This document shows, piece by piece, positions 1 to 13,921 of a DNA stretch of 64,000 nt; the first letter of the stretch is position 1; every line of letters begins with the position of its first letter. This DNA comes from Chiloscyllium plagiosum. Its lineage: Eukaryota. A program made the position numbers and the translations under genes. Where the stretch lies: contig NC_057720.1 in assembly GCF_004010195.1 (NCBI RefSeq), positions 14,137,947 to 14,201,946 on the forward strand, in the 5' to 3' direction. Under the pieces are notes generated by a model. That model was not told the DNA's origin. It did not search any database and was given only the letters and a program-made list of their open reading frames with translations.

Positions 1-1260
1 GGGCCTTGCCTCCAGACCGCATTGGGGCCTCACCTCCAGACTGCACTGGGCCTAACCTCCAGACCGCACTGGGCCTCACCTCCAGACTGCACTGGGCCTC
101 GCCTCCAGACAGACCAGGTGTCACCTACAAACTACACCGGACATAACCACCAGACAGGGCAGACCTCATCTCCAAGCCGGGACAAACCTCACCTCCAAAC
201 TGCATCAAGCTTCACCTCCAGACCACACCAGGCCTCACCTCCAAACTGGGCGGGGCCTCACCTCCAGACTGCACCGGGCCTCACCTCCAGACCGCACCGG
301 GCCTCACCTCCAGTCCGCACTGGGCCTCACCTCCAGACCGTACCGGGCCTCACCTCCAGACCGTACCAGGGCCTCACCTCCAGACCGCACCAGGGCCTCA
401 CCTCCAGACCGCACTGGGGTCTCACCTTCAGACCACACTGGGGCATCATCTCCAGACCAAACCGGGTTCTCACCTCCAGACCGCACCGGGGCCTCATCTC
501 CAGACCGCGCCAGGTCTCACCTCCAGACCGCACCGGTGCCTCACCTCCAGACCGCACTGGGCCTCACCTCCAGACCACGCCAGGTCTCGCCTCCAGACCG
601 CACCGGGCCTCGCCTCCAAACTGCACCAGACATAACCACCAGACAGGGCCAGACCTCATCTCCAAGCTGGGACAAGCCTCACCTCCAAACTGCATCAAGC
701 TTCACCTCCAGACCACACCAGGCCTCACCTCTAAACCGGGCGGGGCCTCACCTCCAGACCACACCGGGCCTCACCTTCAGACCATGTTGGGACTCACCTC
801 CAGACCACACTGGGCCTCACCTCCAGACTCACCACTAGGCTGCACCAGGACTTACTTCCAGACCAGGTCAGGCCTCACCTCTCGGTTGCACAGAGATTCA
901 CCTTCAGAATGCACTGAGCCTCATCTTCAGACCACATCGGGACTCACCTCCAGGCTGCATTAGGCCTCACCTCCAGACCGGGCTGAGCCTTACCTCCAGA
1001 CCTCACCTGGTCTCACCTCCAGGCCGCACACAGGATCACCTCCAATCTGGGCCGGGCTTCACCACCAGACTGCACCAGGCCTTACCTCTAGACTGGGCTG
1101 AGCCTCACCTCCAGATCACATCGGCCTTCACCTCCAGGCTGCACTGGGCCTTACCTCCTGACTGGGCCAGGCCACACCCCTAGGCTACACAGAGGCTCAC
1201 CTCCAAACTGGGTCAAGCCTCACCTCCAGACCATGCCAGGGCTCACTTACAGACTGGGCT
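1..1260. repeat. C-rich minisatellite, 23/24-bp unit (gggcctcacctccagaccgcact)
   Basis: Unit recurs at 23-nt spacing (e.g. 48, 71) with 24-nt variants. A sub-block (acataaccaccagacagggc) is duplicated at ~141 and ~630. Units decay toward 1260. Confidence 0.95.
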
Positions 1261-4200
1261 TCACCACAAGGCTCTCAACATCAAGACAGCTGGGAGTCCA
1301 CGTTGGGTTCACCTCGAGTCCATGCTGAGACTGGGAGTCTGTGCTAAGGGTGGGAGTTGTGCTGAGGCCAGCAGTCAACACTGAAGCTAGGAGTCTGCGC
1401 TGGAGCCGGGAGTCCTCGCTGGTGCCGTGAGTCTGTGCAGTCGCCAGGAGTCTGTGCAGGTGCCGGGGATCTGTGCTGGTGACTTGAGTCTGTGCTGGGG
1501 CTGAAAATCTGTGCTGGGGCCAGGAGTCTGTGCTGGGGCTAGGAGTCTGTGCTGGGGCTAGGAGTCTATGCTGGGGCGAGAGTCTGTGCTGGGGCCAGGA
1601 GTTTGCATTGGGGCCAGGAGTCTGCGTTGGGGCCAGGAGTCTGCGTTGGGGCCAAGAGTCTGTGCTGGGTCTGGGAGTCTGTGCTGGTGCCAGGTGTCTG
1701 TGCTGGGGCTGGGTCTCTGTGCTGATGCCGGGTGTCTGTGCTGGAGACAGTAGTCTGTGCTGGGGCTAGGAGTCTGTGATGGAGACAGTAGTCTGTGCTG
1801 GGGCTGGGTCTCTGTGCTGGGGCCGAGAGTCTGTGCTGGGTCTGGGAGTCTGTGCTGGTTCTGGGAATCTGTGTTGGTTCTGGGAATCTGTGCTGGGGCC
1901 GGGAGTCTGCGTTGGGGCCAGGAGTCTGCGTTGGGGCCAGGAGTCTGCGTTGGGGCCAGGAGTCTGTGCTGGGTCTGAGAGTCTGTGCTGGGGCCAGGAG
2001 GCTGTGCTGGGGCCAGGAGTCTGTGCTGGGTCCAGGAGTCTGTGCTGTGGCCGGGAGTCTGTGCTGGGACTGAGAGTCTGTGCTGGGACTGAGAGTCTGT
2101 GCTGGGACTGAGAGTCTGTGCTGGGGCCAGCAGTCTGTGCTGGGGCTGAGAGTCTGCAGGGGCCAGGAGTCTGTGCTGGGGTTGAGAGTCTGTGCTGGGG
2201 CCAGGTGTCTGTGCTGGGTCCAGTAGTCTTTGCAGGGGCCAGGAGTCTGTGCTGAGGCTGAGAGTCTGTGCTGGGGCCAGGAGTCTGTGCTGGGGCCAGG
2301 AGTCTGTGCTGGGGCCAGGAGTCTGTGCTGGGGCCGAGAGTCTGTGCTGGGGCCGGGAGTCTGTGCAGGGGCCGGGAGTCTGTGCTGGGGCCGGGAGTCT
2401 GTGCTGGGGCCGAGAGTTTGTGCTGGGTCTGGGTCTCTGTGTTGGGGCTGGGTCTCTATGCTGGGGCCAGGAGTCTGTGCTGGGGCCAGGAGTCTGTGCT
2501 GGGGCCAGCGGTCTGTGTTGGGGCCAGGGGTCTGTGCTGGGTCTGAGAGTCTGTGCTGGGTCTGAGAGTCTGTGCTGGGTCTGAGAGTCTGTGCTGGGGC
2601 CGGGAGACTGTGCAGGGGACAGGAGATTCTGCTGGGTCCAGTGGTCTGTGCTGGGTCCAGGAGTCTGTGCTGGGGCCGAGAGTTTGTGCTTGGTCTGGGT
2701 CTCTGTGTTGGGGCTGGGTCTCTGTGCTGGGGCCGAGAGTCTGTGCTGTGTCCGGGAGTCTGTGCTGGGGCCAGGAGTCTGTGGGCTGAGATTCTGTGCT
2801 GGGGCTGAGATTCTGTGCTGGGGCTGAGAGTCTATGAAGGGGCTGAGAGTCTGTGCTGGGGCCAGCTGTCTGTGCTGGGGCTGAGAGTCTGTGCTGGGGC
2901 CAGGAGTTTGAGCTGGGGCTGGGAGTCTGTGCTGGGGCTGAGTGTCTGTGCTGGGGCCAGGAACCTGTGCTGGGGCTGAGAGTCTGTGCTGGGGCCAGGA
3001 GTCTGTGCTGGGGCCGGGAGTCTGTGCTGGGGCTGAGAATCTATGCTGAGGCCGGGAGTCTGTGCTGGGGCCAGAAGTCTGTGCTGGGGGTGAGAGTCTC
3101 TGCTGGTGCCAGGAGTCTATGCTGGTGCCAGGAGTCTGTGCAGGGGCCAGGAGTCTGTGCTGGGGCGGGGAGTTTGTGCTGGGGCCAGGAATCTGTGCTG
3201 AGGCCGGGAGTCTGTGCTGGGTCTGGGAGTCTGTGCTGGGGCCACGCGTCTGTGCTGGGGCCAGGCGTCTGTGCTGGGTCCGGGAGTCTGTGCTTGGTCC
3301 GGGAGTCTGTGCCGGGAATCTGTGCTGGGGCTGGGTCTCTGTGCGAGGGCCGGGAATCTGTGCTGGGGCAGGGAGCCTGTGCTGGGGCTGAGAGACTGTG
3401 CCGGGGCCGAGAGTTTGTGCAGGTGCTGGGTCTCTGTGCTGGTTCTGGGAGTCTGTGCTGGTGCCGGGTGTCTGTGCTGGGGCCAGGAGTATGTGCTGGG
3501 TCTGGGAGTCTGTGCTGGTGCCAGGAGTCTGTGCTGGGACTTGGTCTCTGTGCTGCTGCCGGGTCTCTGTGCTTGGGCCAGGAGTCTGTGGAGGGGCCAG
3601 GAGTCTGTGCAGTGGCCAGGAGTCTGTACTAGGTCCAGGAGTCTGTGCTGGGGCTGAGTGTCTGTGCTGGGGCCAGGAACCTGTGCTAGGGCTGAGAGTC
3701 TGTGCTGGGGCCGGGAGTCTGTGCTGAGGCCGGGAGTCTGTGCTGGGGCCAGAAGTCTGTGGAGGGGCCAGAAGTCTGTGGAGGGGCCAGGAGTCTGTGC
3801 TGGGGCCAGGAGTCTGTGCTGGGGCCAGGAGTCTGTGCAGGGGCCGGGAGTCTGTGCTGGGGCTGAGTGTCTGTGCTGGGGCCAGGAACCTGTGCTGGGG
3901 CTGAGAGTCTGTGCTGGGGCTGAGAATCTGTGCTGAGGCCGGGAGTCTGTGCTGGGGCCAGGAACCTGTGCTGGGGCTGAGAGTCTGTGCTGGGGTTGAG
4001 AATCTGTGCTGAGGCCGGGAGTCTGTGCTGGGGCCAGAAGTCTGTGCTGGGGGTGAGAGTCTCTGCTGGTGCCAGGAGTTTATGCTGGGGCCAGGAGTCT
4101 GTGCAGGGTCCAGGAGTCTGTGCTGCAGCTGAGAGTCTGTGCTGGGTCCAAGGGTCTGTGCTGGGGCCAGAAGTCTGTGCTGGGGGTGAGAGTCTCTGCT

Positions 4201-7200
4201 GGTGCCAGGAGTTTATGCTGGGGCCAGGAGTCTGTGCAGGGTCCAGGAGTCTGTGCTGCAGCTGAGAGTCTGTGCAGGGTCCAAGGGTCTGTGCTGGGGC
4301 TTGGTCTCTGTGCTGCTGCCGGGTCTCTGTGCTTGGGCCAGGAGTCTGTGGAGAGGCCAGGAGTCTGTGCTGGGGCTGAGTGTCTGTGCTGGGGCCAGGA
4401 ACCTGTGCTGGGGCTGAGAGTCTGTGCTGGGGCTGAGAATCTGTGCTGGGGCCAGAAGTCTGTGCTGGGGGTGAGAGTCTCAGCTTGTGCCAGGAGTTTA
4501 TGCTGGGGCCAGGAGTCTGTGCTGCAGCTGAGAGTCTGTGCTGTGGCCAAGGGTCTGTGCTGGGGCGGGGAGTTTGTGCTGGGGCCAGGAATCTGTGCTG
4601 GGGCCAGGAGTCTGTGCTGGGGCTGAGAGTCTGTGCTGGGGCTGAGAGTCTGTGATAGGGCCGAGAATCTGTGCTGGGGCTGAGAGTCTGTGCTCGGGCC
4701 AGGAGTCTGTGCTGGGTCCGGGAGTCTGTGCTGGGGCCACGCGTCTGTGCTGGGGCCGGGTGTCTGTGCTGGGGCCGGGTGTCTGTGCTGGGTCCGGGAG
4801 TCTGTGCTTGGTCCGGGAGTCTGTGCTGGTGCCGGGAATCTGTGCTGGGGCCGGGTCTCTGTGCGAGGGCCGGGTCTCTGTGCTGGGGCAGGGAGTCTGT
4901 GCTGGGGCTGAGAGACTGTGCCGGGGCCGAGAGTTTGTGCTGGCGCTGGGTCTCTGTGCTGGGTTTGGGAGTCTGTGCTGGTGCCGGATGTCTGTGCTGG
5001 GGCCAGGTGTCTGTGCAGGGGCGAGGAGTCTGTGCTTGGTCCAGGAGTCTGTGCTGGGGCCAGGAGTCTGTGCTGGGGCTGTGAGTCTGTGTTGGGTCCA
5101 GGAGTCTGTGCTGGGTCTGAGAGTCTGTGCTGAGTCTGGGAGTCTGTGCTGGGGCCAGCAGTCTGTGCTGGGGCTGAGAGTTTGAACTGGGGCCAGGAGT
5201 CTGTGTTGTGTCTGGAATTCTGTGCTGGGGCAGGGGTCTGTGCTGGGTCTGTGAGTCTGTGCTGGCTCCAGGAGTCTGTGCTGGGGCCGGGAGTCTGTGC
5301 TGGGTCTGGGAGTCTGTGCTGGGTCTGGGAGTCTGTGCTGGGGCCACGCGTCTGTGCTGGGGCCACGCGTCTGTGCTGGGGCCACGCGTCTGTGCTGGAG
5401 CCCGGAGTCTGTGCTGGGTCCAGGAGTCTGTGCTGGGGCCGGGAGTCTGTGCAGGGGCCAGGAGTCTGAGCTCGTGCTGAGAGTCTGTGCTAGGGCCAGA
5501 AGTCTGTGCTGGGGCTGAGAGTCTGTGCTGGGACCAGAGGTCTGTGTTAGGGCCGGGAGTCTGTGTTGGTGCCGGGAGTCTGTGCTGGGGCCAGGAGTCT
5601 GTGCTGGGGTCGGCAGTCTGTGCTGGGGTCGGGAGTCTGTGCTGGGGTCGGGAGTCTGTGCTGGGGTCGGGAGTCTGTGCTGGGTCCGGGAGTCTGTGCT
5701 GGGTCCAAGAGTCTGTGCTGGGGCTGAGAGACTGTGCTGGGTCTGGGAGTCTGTGCTGGGGCCGGGAGTCTGTGCTGGGGCCGGGAGTCTGTGCTGAGGC
5801 CAGGAGTCTGTGCTGGGGCTGAGAGTCTGTGCTGGGGCCGAGAGTCTGTGCTGGGGCCAGGTGTCTGTGCTGGGGCCGGGAGTCTGTGCTGGGGCCGGGA
5901 GTCTGTGCTGGGGCCGGGAGTCTGTGCTGTGGTCGGGAGTCTGTGCTGTGGTCGGGAGTCTGTGCTGTGGTCGGGAGTCTGTGCTGGGGCTGGGAGTCTG
6001 TGCTGGGGCTGAGAGTCTGTGCTGGGTCCAGGAATCTGTACTGGGCCAGAGAGTCTGTGCTGGGGCTTGGTCTCTGTGCTGCTGCCAGGTCTCTGTGCTT
6101 GGGCCAGGAGTCTGTGGAGGGGCCAGGAGTCTGTGCAGGGGCCAGGAGTCTTTGCAGGGGCCAGGAGTCTGTACTGGGTCCAGGAGTCTGTACTGGGTCC
6201 AGGAGTCTGTGCTGGGGCCAGGAGTCTGTGCAGGGGCCGGGAGTGTATGCTGGGTCTGAGTGTCTGTGCTGGGGCCAGGAACCTGTGTTGGGGCTGAGAG
6301 TCTGTGCTGGGGCTGAGAATCTGTGCTGAGGCCGGGAGTCTGTGCTGGGGCCAGAAGTCTGTGCTGGAGGTGAGAGTCTCTGCTGGTGCCAGGAGTTTAT
6401 GCTGGGGCCAGGAGTCTGTGCTGCAGCTGAGAGTCTGTGCTGGGGCCAAGGGTCTGTGCTGGGGCGGGGAGTTTGTGCTGGGGCCAGGAGTCTGTGCTGG
6501 GGCCAGGAATCTGTGCTGGGGCCAGGAATCTGTGCTGGGGCCAGGAGTCTGTGCTGGGTCCGGGAGTCTGTGCTGGGGCGAGGAGTCACTGCTGGGGCCA
6601 CGAGTCTGTGCGAGGTCTGGAAGTCTGTGCTGGGGCCAGGAGTCGGTGCTGGGGCCAGGAGTCGGTGCTGGGGCCAGGAGTCTGTGCTGGGGCTGAGAGT
6701 CTGTGATGGGGCCGAGAATCTGTGCTGGGGCTGAGAGTCTGTGCTGGGGCTGAGAGTCTGTGCTGGGGCCAGGAGTCTGTGCTGGGGCCAGGAGTCTGTG
6801 CTGGGGCTGAGAGTCTGTGCTGGGGCCAGGGGTCTGTGCTAGGGCCAGGAGTCTGTGCTGGGGCTGAGAGACTGTGCTGGGTCTGGGTGTCTGTGCTGGG
6901 GCCGGGAGTCTGTGCTGAGGCCAGGAGTCTGTGCTGAGGCCGGGAGTCTGTGCTGAGGCCGGGAGTCTGTGCTGAGGCCGGGAGTCTGTGCTGGGGCTGA
7001 GAGTCTGTGCTGGGGCTGAGAGTCTGTGCTGGGGCCGAGAGTCTGTGCTGGGGCCGGGCATCTGTGCTGTGGTCGGGAGTCTGTGCTGTGGTCGGGAGTC
7101 TGTGCTGGGGCTGAGAGTCTGTGCTGGGGCTGAGAGTCTGTGCTGGGTCCAGGAATCTGTACTGGGCCAGAGAGTCTGTGCTGGGGCCAGGAGTCTGTGC

Positions 7201-9830
7201 TGGGGCTTGGTCTCTGTGCTGCTGCCGGGTCTCTGTGCTTGGGCCAGGAGTCTGTGCAGGGGCCAGGAGTCTGTGCAGGGACCAGGAGTCTGTGCAGGGA
7301 CCAGGAGTCTGTGCAGGGGCCAGGAGTCGGGCCAAGGGTCTGTGCTGGGGCGGGGAGTTTGTGCTGGGGCCAGGAGTCTGTGCTGGGGCCAGGAATCTGT
7401 GCTGGGGCCAGGAGTCTGTGCTGGGGCCAGGGATCTGTGCTGGGGCCAGGAGTCTGTGCTGGGGCGAGGAGTCACTGCTGGGGCCACGAGTCTGTGCGAG
7501 GTCTGGAAGTCTGTGCTGGGGTCAGGAGTCTGTGCTGCGGCCAGGAGTCTGTGCTGGGGCTGAGAGTCTGTGATGGGGCCGAGAATCTGTGCTGGGGCTG
7601 AGAGTCTGTGCTGGGGCTGAGAGTCTGTGCTGGGGCCAGGAGTCTGTGCTAGGGCCAGGAGTCTGTGCTGGGGCTGAGAGACTGTGCTGGGTCCGGGAGT
7701 CCGTGCTGGGTCCGGGAGTCTGCTGGGTCCGGGAGTCTGTGCTGGGTCCGGGAGTCTGTGCTGGGTCCGGGAGTCTGTGCTGGGGCCAGGAGTCTGTGCT
7801 GGGGCTGAGAGACTGTGCTGGGTCTGGGAGTCCGTGCTGGGTCCGGGAGTCTGCTGGGTCCGGGAGTCTGTGCTGGGTCCGGGAGTCTGTGCTGGGTCCG
7901 GGAGTCTGTGCTGGGTCTGGGAGTCTGTGCTGGGGCCAGGAGTCTGTGCTGGGTCTGGGAGTCTGTGCTGGGGCCAGGAGTCCGTGCTGGGGCCACGCGT
8001 CTGTGCTGGGGCCACGCGTCTGTGCTGGGGGCAGGAGTCTGTGCTGGGGCCGGATGTCTGTGCTGGGGCCGGATGTCTGTGCTGGGTCCGGGAGTCTGTG
8101 CTTGGTCCGGGAGTCTGTGCTGGTGCCGGGAATCTGTGCTGGGGCCACGCATCTGTGCTGGGGCCAGGAATTTGTGCAGGGGCCAGGTGTCTGTGCTGGG
8201 TCCAGGAGTCTGTGCTGGGTCCAGGGGTCTGTGCTGGGGCTGAGAGTCTGTGCTGGGGCTGAGAGTCTGTGCTGGGTCTGGGAGTCTGTGCTGTGGCCGG
8301 GAATCTCTGCTGGGGCCAGTAGCCTGTGCTGAGGCCAGGAGCCTGTGCAGGGGCCCGGAATCTGTGTGGGGCCAGGAGCCTGTGCAGGGGCCAAGAGTCT
8401 GTTATGGAGCCAGGAGGCTGTGCTGTGGCTGAGAGTTTGTGCTGGAGCTTAGAGTCTGTGCTGGGGCTGAGAGTCTGTGCTGGGGCTGAGAGTCTGTGCT
8501 GGGGCTGAGAGTCTGTGCAGGGGCCGGGAGTCTGTGCTGGGGCCGGGGGTCTGTGCAGGGGCCAGGTGTCTGTGCTGGGGCTAGGTGTCTGTGCTGGGGC
8601 CAGGTGTCTGTGCTGGGGTCGGCAGTCTGTGCTGGGACCAGGAGTCTGTGCTGGGGCCAGGAGTCTGTGCTGGGGCAGGAGTCTGTGCTGGGTCCAGGAG
8701 TCTGTGCTGGGGCTGAGAGGCTGTGCTGGGTCTGGGAGTCTGTGCTGGGGCCGAGAGTCTGTGCTCGGGCCGGGAGTCTGTGCAGGGGCCAGGATTCTGT
8801 GCTGGGGCTGAGAGTCTGTGCTGGGGCCGGGAGTCTGTGCAGGGGCCGGGAGTCTGTGCTGGGGCCGGGGGTCTGTGCAGGGGCCAGGTATCTGTGCTGG
8901 GGCCAGGAGTCTGTGCTGGGGTCGGCAGTCTGTGCTGGGACCAGGTGTCTGTGCTGGGGCCAGAAGTCTGTGCTGGGGCTAAGAGTCTGTGCTGGGTCCA
9001 GGAGTCTGTGCTGGGGCTGAGAGGCTGTGCTGGGTCTGGGAGTCTGTGCTGGGGCCGAGAGTCTGTGCTGGGGCTGAGAGTCTGTGCAGGGGCCTGGAGT
9101 CTGTGCTGGGGCCTGGAGTCTGCGCTGGGGCCTGGAGTCTGCGCTGGGGCCAGGAGTCTGCGCTGGGGCCAGGAGTCTGCGCTGGGGCCAGGAGTCTGTG
9201 CAGGGGCCAGGAGTCTGTGCTGGGACAAACAGTCTGTGCTGGAGCTTAGAGTCTGTGCTGGGGCCGAGATTGTATGCTGGGGCCAGTATTTGTGCTGGGG
9301 CTGGGAGTCTGTGCTGAGGCCAGGAACCTGTGCTGGGGCCGGGATTCTCTGCTGTGGCCAGTAGTCTGTGCTGGGGCCGAGAGTCTGTGCTGGGTCCAGG
9401 AATCTGTACTGGGCCAGAGAGTCTGTGCTGGGGCCAGGAGTCTGTGCTGGGGCTTGGTCTCTGTGCTGCTGCCGGGTCTCTGTGCTTGGGCCAGGAGTCT
9501 GTGCAGGGACCAGGAGTCTGTGCAGGGGCCAGGAGTCTGTGCTGGGGCCAGGAGTCTGTGCAGGGGCCGGGAGTGTATGCTGGGGCTGAGTGTCTGTGCA
9601 GAGGCCGGGAGTGTATGCTGGGGCTGAGTGTCTGTGCTGGGGCCAGGAACCTGTGCTGGGCCAGAGAGTCTGTGCTGGGGCCAGGAGTCTGTGCTGGGGC
9701 TTGGTCTCTGTGCTGCTGCCGGGTCTCTGTGCTTGGGCCAGGAGTCTGTGCAGGGGCCAGGAGTCTGTGCTGGGGCCAGGAGTCTGTGCAGGGGCCAGGA
9801 GTGTATGCTGGGGCTGAGTGTCTGTGCTGG

Positions 9831-10330
9831 NNNNNNNNNNNNNNNNNNNNNNNNNNNNNNNNNNNNNNNNNNNNNNNNNNNNNNNNNNNNNNNNNNNNNN
9901 NNNNNNNNNNNNNNNNNNNNNNNNNNNNNNNNNNNNNNNNNNNNNNNNNNNNNNNNNNNNNNNNNNNNNNNNNNNNNNNNNNNNNNNNNNNNNNNNNNNN
10001 NNNNNNNNNNNNNNNNNNNNNNNNNNNNNNNNNNNNNNNNNNNNNNNNNNNNNNNNNNNNNNNNNNNNNNNNNNNNNNNNNNNNNNNNNNNNNNNNNNNN
10101 NNNNNNNNNNNNNNNNNNNNNNNNNNNNNNNNNNNNNNNNNNNNNNNNNNNNNNNNNNNNNNNNNNNNNNNNNNNNNNNNNNNNNNNNNNNNNNNNNNNN
10201 NNNNNNNNNNNNNNNNNNNNNNNNNNNNNNNNNNNNNNNNNNNNNNNNNNNNNNNNNNNNNNNNNNNNNNNNNNNNNNNNNNNNNNNNNNNNNNNNNNNN
10301 NNNNNNNNNNNNNNNNNNNNNNNNNNNNNN
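9831..10330. other. Assembly gap (500 N)
   Basis: Run of N. Confidence 1.
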
Positions 10331-13300
10331 GGGCTGAGAGTCTGTGCTGGGGCTGAGAGTCTGAGCTGGGGCTGAGAGTCTGTGCTGGGGCTGAGATTCT
10401 GTGCTGGGGCTGAGAGTCTGTGCTGGGGCCAGGAGTCTGTGCTGGGGCCTGGGAGTCTGTGCTGGTGCCTGGGAGTCTGTGCTGTGTCTGGGAGTCTTTG
10501 CTGTCTCTGGGAGTCTGTGCTGGGACTGAGAGTCTGTGCTGGGGCCAGGAGTCTGTGCTGGGTCCGGGAGTCTGTGCTGGGTCTGGGAGTCTGTGCTGGG
10601 GCCGGGAATCTGTGCAGTGGCCGGGAGTCTGTGCTGGGGCTGAGAGTCTGTGCTGGGGCTGAGAGTCTGTGCTGGGGCTGAGAGTCTGTGCTGGCCCAGG
10701 AGTCTGTGCTGGGGCTGAGAGTCTGTGCTGGGGCTGAGAGTCTGTGCTGGGGCCTGGAGTCTGTGCTGTGTCTGGGAGTCTGTACTGGGGCTGAGAGTCT
10801 GTGCTGGGTCTAGGAGTCTGTGCAGGGGCCAGGAGTCTGTGCAGGGGCCAGGTGTCTGTGCTGGGTCCAGGAGTCTGTGCTTGGTCCAGGGGTCTCTGCT
10901 GGGGCTGAGAATCTGTGCTGGGGCTGAGAGTCTGTGCTGGGGCTGAGAGTCTGTGCTGGGTCTGGGAGTCTGTGCTGTGGCCGGGAATCTCTGCTGGGGC
11001 CAGGAGCCTGTGCTGAGGCCAGGAGCCTGTGCTGGGGCCAGGAGCCTGTGCAGCAGCCCGGAATCTGTGCTGGGGCCAGGAGCCTGTGCAGGGGCCGAGA
11101 GTCTGTTATGGGGCCAGGAGGCTGTGCTGGGGCGGAGATTCTGTGCAGGGGCCGGGAGTCTGTGCTGGGTCTGGGAGTCTGTGCTGGGGCCGGGAGTCTG
11201 TGCTGGGGCCGGGAGTCTGTGCAGGGGCCGGGAGTCTGTGCTGGGGCCGGGAGTCTGTGCTGGGGCCGGGAGTCTGTGCTGGGGCCGGGAGTCTGTGCTG
11301 GGGCCGGGAGTCTGTGCTGGGGCCGGGAGTCTGTGCTGGGGCCGGGAGTCTGTTCTGGGGCCAGGAGTCTGTTCTGGGGCCAGGAGTCTGTGCTGGGGCC
11401 GGGAGTCTGTGCTGGGGCCGGGAGTCTGTGCTGGGGCCGGGAGTCTGTGCTGGGGCCGGGAGTCTGTGCTGGGGCCGGGAGTCTGTGCTGGGGCCGGGAG
11501 TCTGTGCTGGGGCCGGGAGTCTGTGCTGGGGCCGGGAGTCTGTGCTGGGGCCGGGAGTCTGTGCTGGGGCCGGGAGTCTGTGCTGGGGCCGGGAGTCTGT
11601 GCTGGGGCCGGGAGTCTGTGCTGGGGCCGGGAGTCTGTGCTGGGGCCGGGAGTCTGTGCTGGGGCCGGGAGTCTGTGCTGGGGCCGGGAGTCTGTGCTGG
11701 GGCCGGGAGTCTGTGCTGGGGCCGGGAGTCTGTGCTGGGGCCGGGAGTCTGTGCTGGGGCCGGGAGTCTGTGCTGGGGCCGGGAGTCTGTGCTGGGGCCG
11801 GGAGTCTGTGCTGGGGCCGGGAGTCTGTGCTGGGGCCGGGAGTCTGTGCTGGGGCCGGGAGTCTGTTCTGGGGCCGGGAGTCTGTGCAGGGGCCGAGAGT
11901 CTGTGCAGGGGCCGAGAGTCTGTTCTGGTCTGGGAGTCAGACCAGACCAGACTGTGCTGGGCGGGGGGTGGTGTCTGTGCTGGGGCCAGGAGTCTGTGCT
12001 GGTGCTGAGAGTCTGTGCTGTGTCTGGGATTCTGTGCTGGGGCCAGGAGTCTGTGCTGGAGCCGGGAGTCTGTGCGGGGGCCGGGAGTCTGTGCGGGGGC
12101 CGGGAGTCTGTGCTGGGGACGGGAGTCTGTGCTGGGACCGGGAGCCTGTGCTGGGGCCGGGAGCCTGTGCTGGGGCCCGGAGCCTGTGCTGGGGCCAGGA
12201 GTATTAGCTGGGGCCAGGAGTCTGTGCAGGGGCTGAGAGTCTTTGCTGGGGCTGAGAGTCTGTGCTAGGTCTGGGAGACTGTGCTGAGGCCTGGAGTCTG
12301 TTCTGGGGCCTGGAGTCTGTGCTGGGGCCAGGAGTCTGTGCTGGGGCCAGGAGTCTGTGCAGGGGCCGTAAGTCTGTGCAGGGGCCAGGAATCTGTGCTG
12401 GGGCCGGGAGTCTGTGCTGGGTCCAGGAGTCTGTGCTGGGGCTGAGAGTCTGTGCTGGGTCTAGGAGTCTGTTCTGGGGCCAAGAGTCTGTGCAGGGGCC
12501 AGGTGTCTGTGCTGGGTCCAGGAGTCTGTGCTTGGTCCAGGGGTCTGTGCTGGGGCTGAGAGTCTGTGCTGGGTCTGGGAGTCTGTGCTGTGGCCGGGAA
12601 TCTCTGCTGGGGCCAGGAGCCTGTGCTGAGGCCAGGAGCCTGTGCTGGGGCCAGGAGCCTGTGCAGGAGCCCGGAATCTGTGCTGGGGCCAGGAGCCTGT
12701 GCAGGGGCCGAGAGTCTGTTATGGGGCCAGGAGGCTGTGCTGGGGCTGAGAGTCTGTGCTGGGGCCTGGAGTCTGTGCTGGGGCTGAGAGTCTGTGCTGG
12801 GGCTGAGATTCTGTGCTGGGGCTGAGATTCTGTGCTGTGGCTGAGAGTCTGTGCAGGGGCCGGGAGTCTGTGCTGGGGCCAGGAGCCTGTGCTGGGGCCA
12901 GGAGCCTGTGCTGGGGCCAGGAGCCTGTGCTGGGGCCAGGAGCCTGTGCAGGAGCCCGGAATCTGTGCTGGGGCCAGGAGCCTGTGCAGGAGCCCGGAAG
13001 GGCCAGGAGTCTCAGCAGGGACCAGGAGTCTCTGCAGGGGCTGAGAGTCTGTGCTGGGGCCTGGAGTCTGTCCTGGGGCTGACAGTCTGTGCGGAGGCCG
13101 GGAGTCTGTGCAGGGGCCAGGAGTCGGTACTGGGGGCAGGAGTCTGTGCTGGGGCTGAGAGTCTGTGCTGGGGCTGAGAGTCTGTGCTGGGGCTGAGAAT
13201 CTGTGCAGGAGCCCGGAATCTGTGCTGGGGCCAGGAGCCTGTGCAGGAGCCCGGAATCTGTGCTGGGGCCAGGAGCCTGTGCAGGAGCCCGGAATCTGTG

Positions 13301-13921
13301 CTGGGGCCAGGAGCCTGTGCAGGAGCCCGGAATCTGTGCTGGGGCCAGGAGCCTGTGCAGGAGCCCGGAATCTGTGCTGGGGCCAGGAGCCTGTGCAGGA
13401 GCCCGGAATCTGTGCTGGGGCCAGGAGCCTGTGCAGGAGCCCGGAATCTGTGCTGGGGCCAGGAGCCTGTGCAGGGGCCGAGAGTCTGTTATGGGGCCAG
13501 GAGGCTGTGCTGGGGCTGAGAGTCTGTGCTGGGGCCTGGAGTCTGTCCTGGGGCTGACAGTCTGTGCGGGGGCCGGGAGTCTGTGCTGGGGCCGTGAGTC
13601 TGTGCTGGGGCCGGGAGTCTGTGCTGGGGCCAGGAGTCTGTGCTGGGGCCAGGAGTCTGTGCTGGGGCTGAGAGTCTTTGCTGGGGCTGAGAGTCTGTGC
13701 TAGGTCTGGGAGACTGTGCTGAGGCCTGGAGCCTGTGCTGTGGCCAAGAGTCTGTGCTGTGGCCGGGAGTCTGTGCTGGGGCTGAGAGTCTGTGCTGGGG
13801 CCAGAAGTCTGTGCAGATGCCGTAAGTCTGTGCAGGGGCCAGGAATCTGTGCTGGGGCCGGGAGTCTGTGCTGGGGCCGTGAGTCTGTGCTGGGGCCGGG
13901 AGTCTGTGCTGGGGCCGGGAG

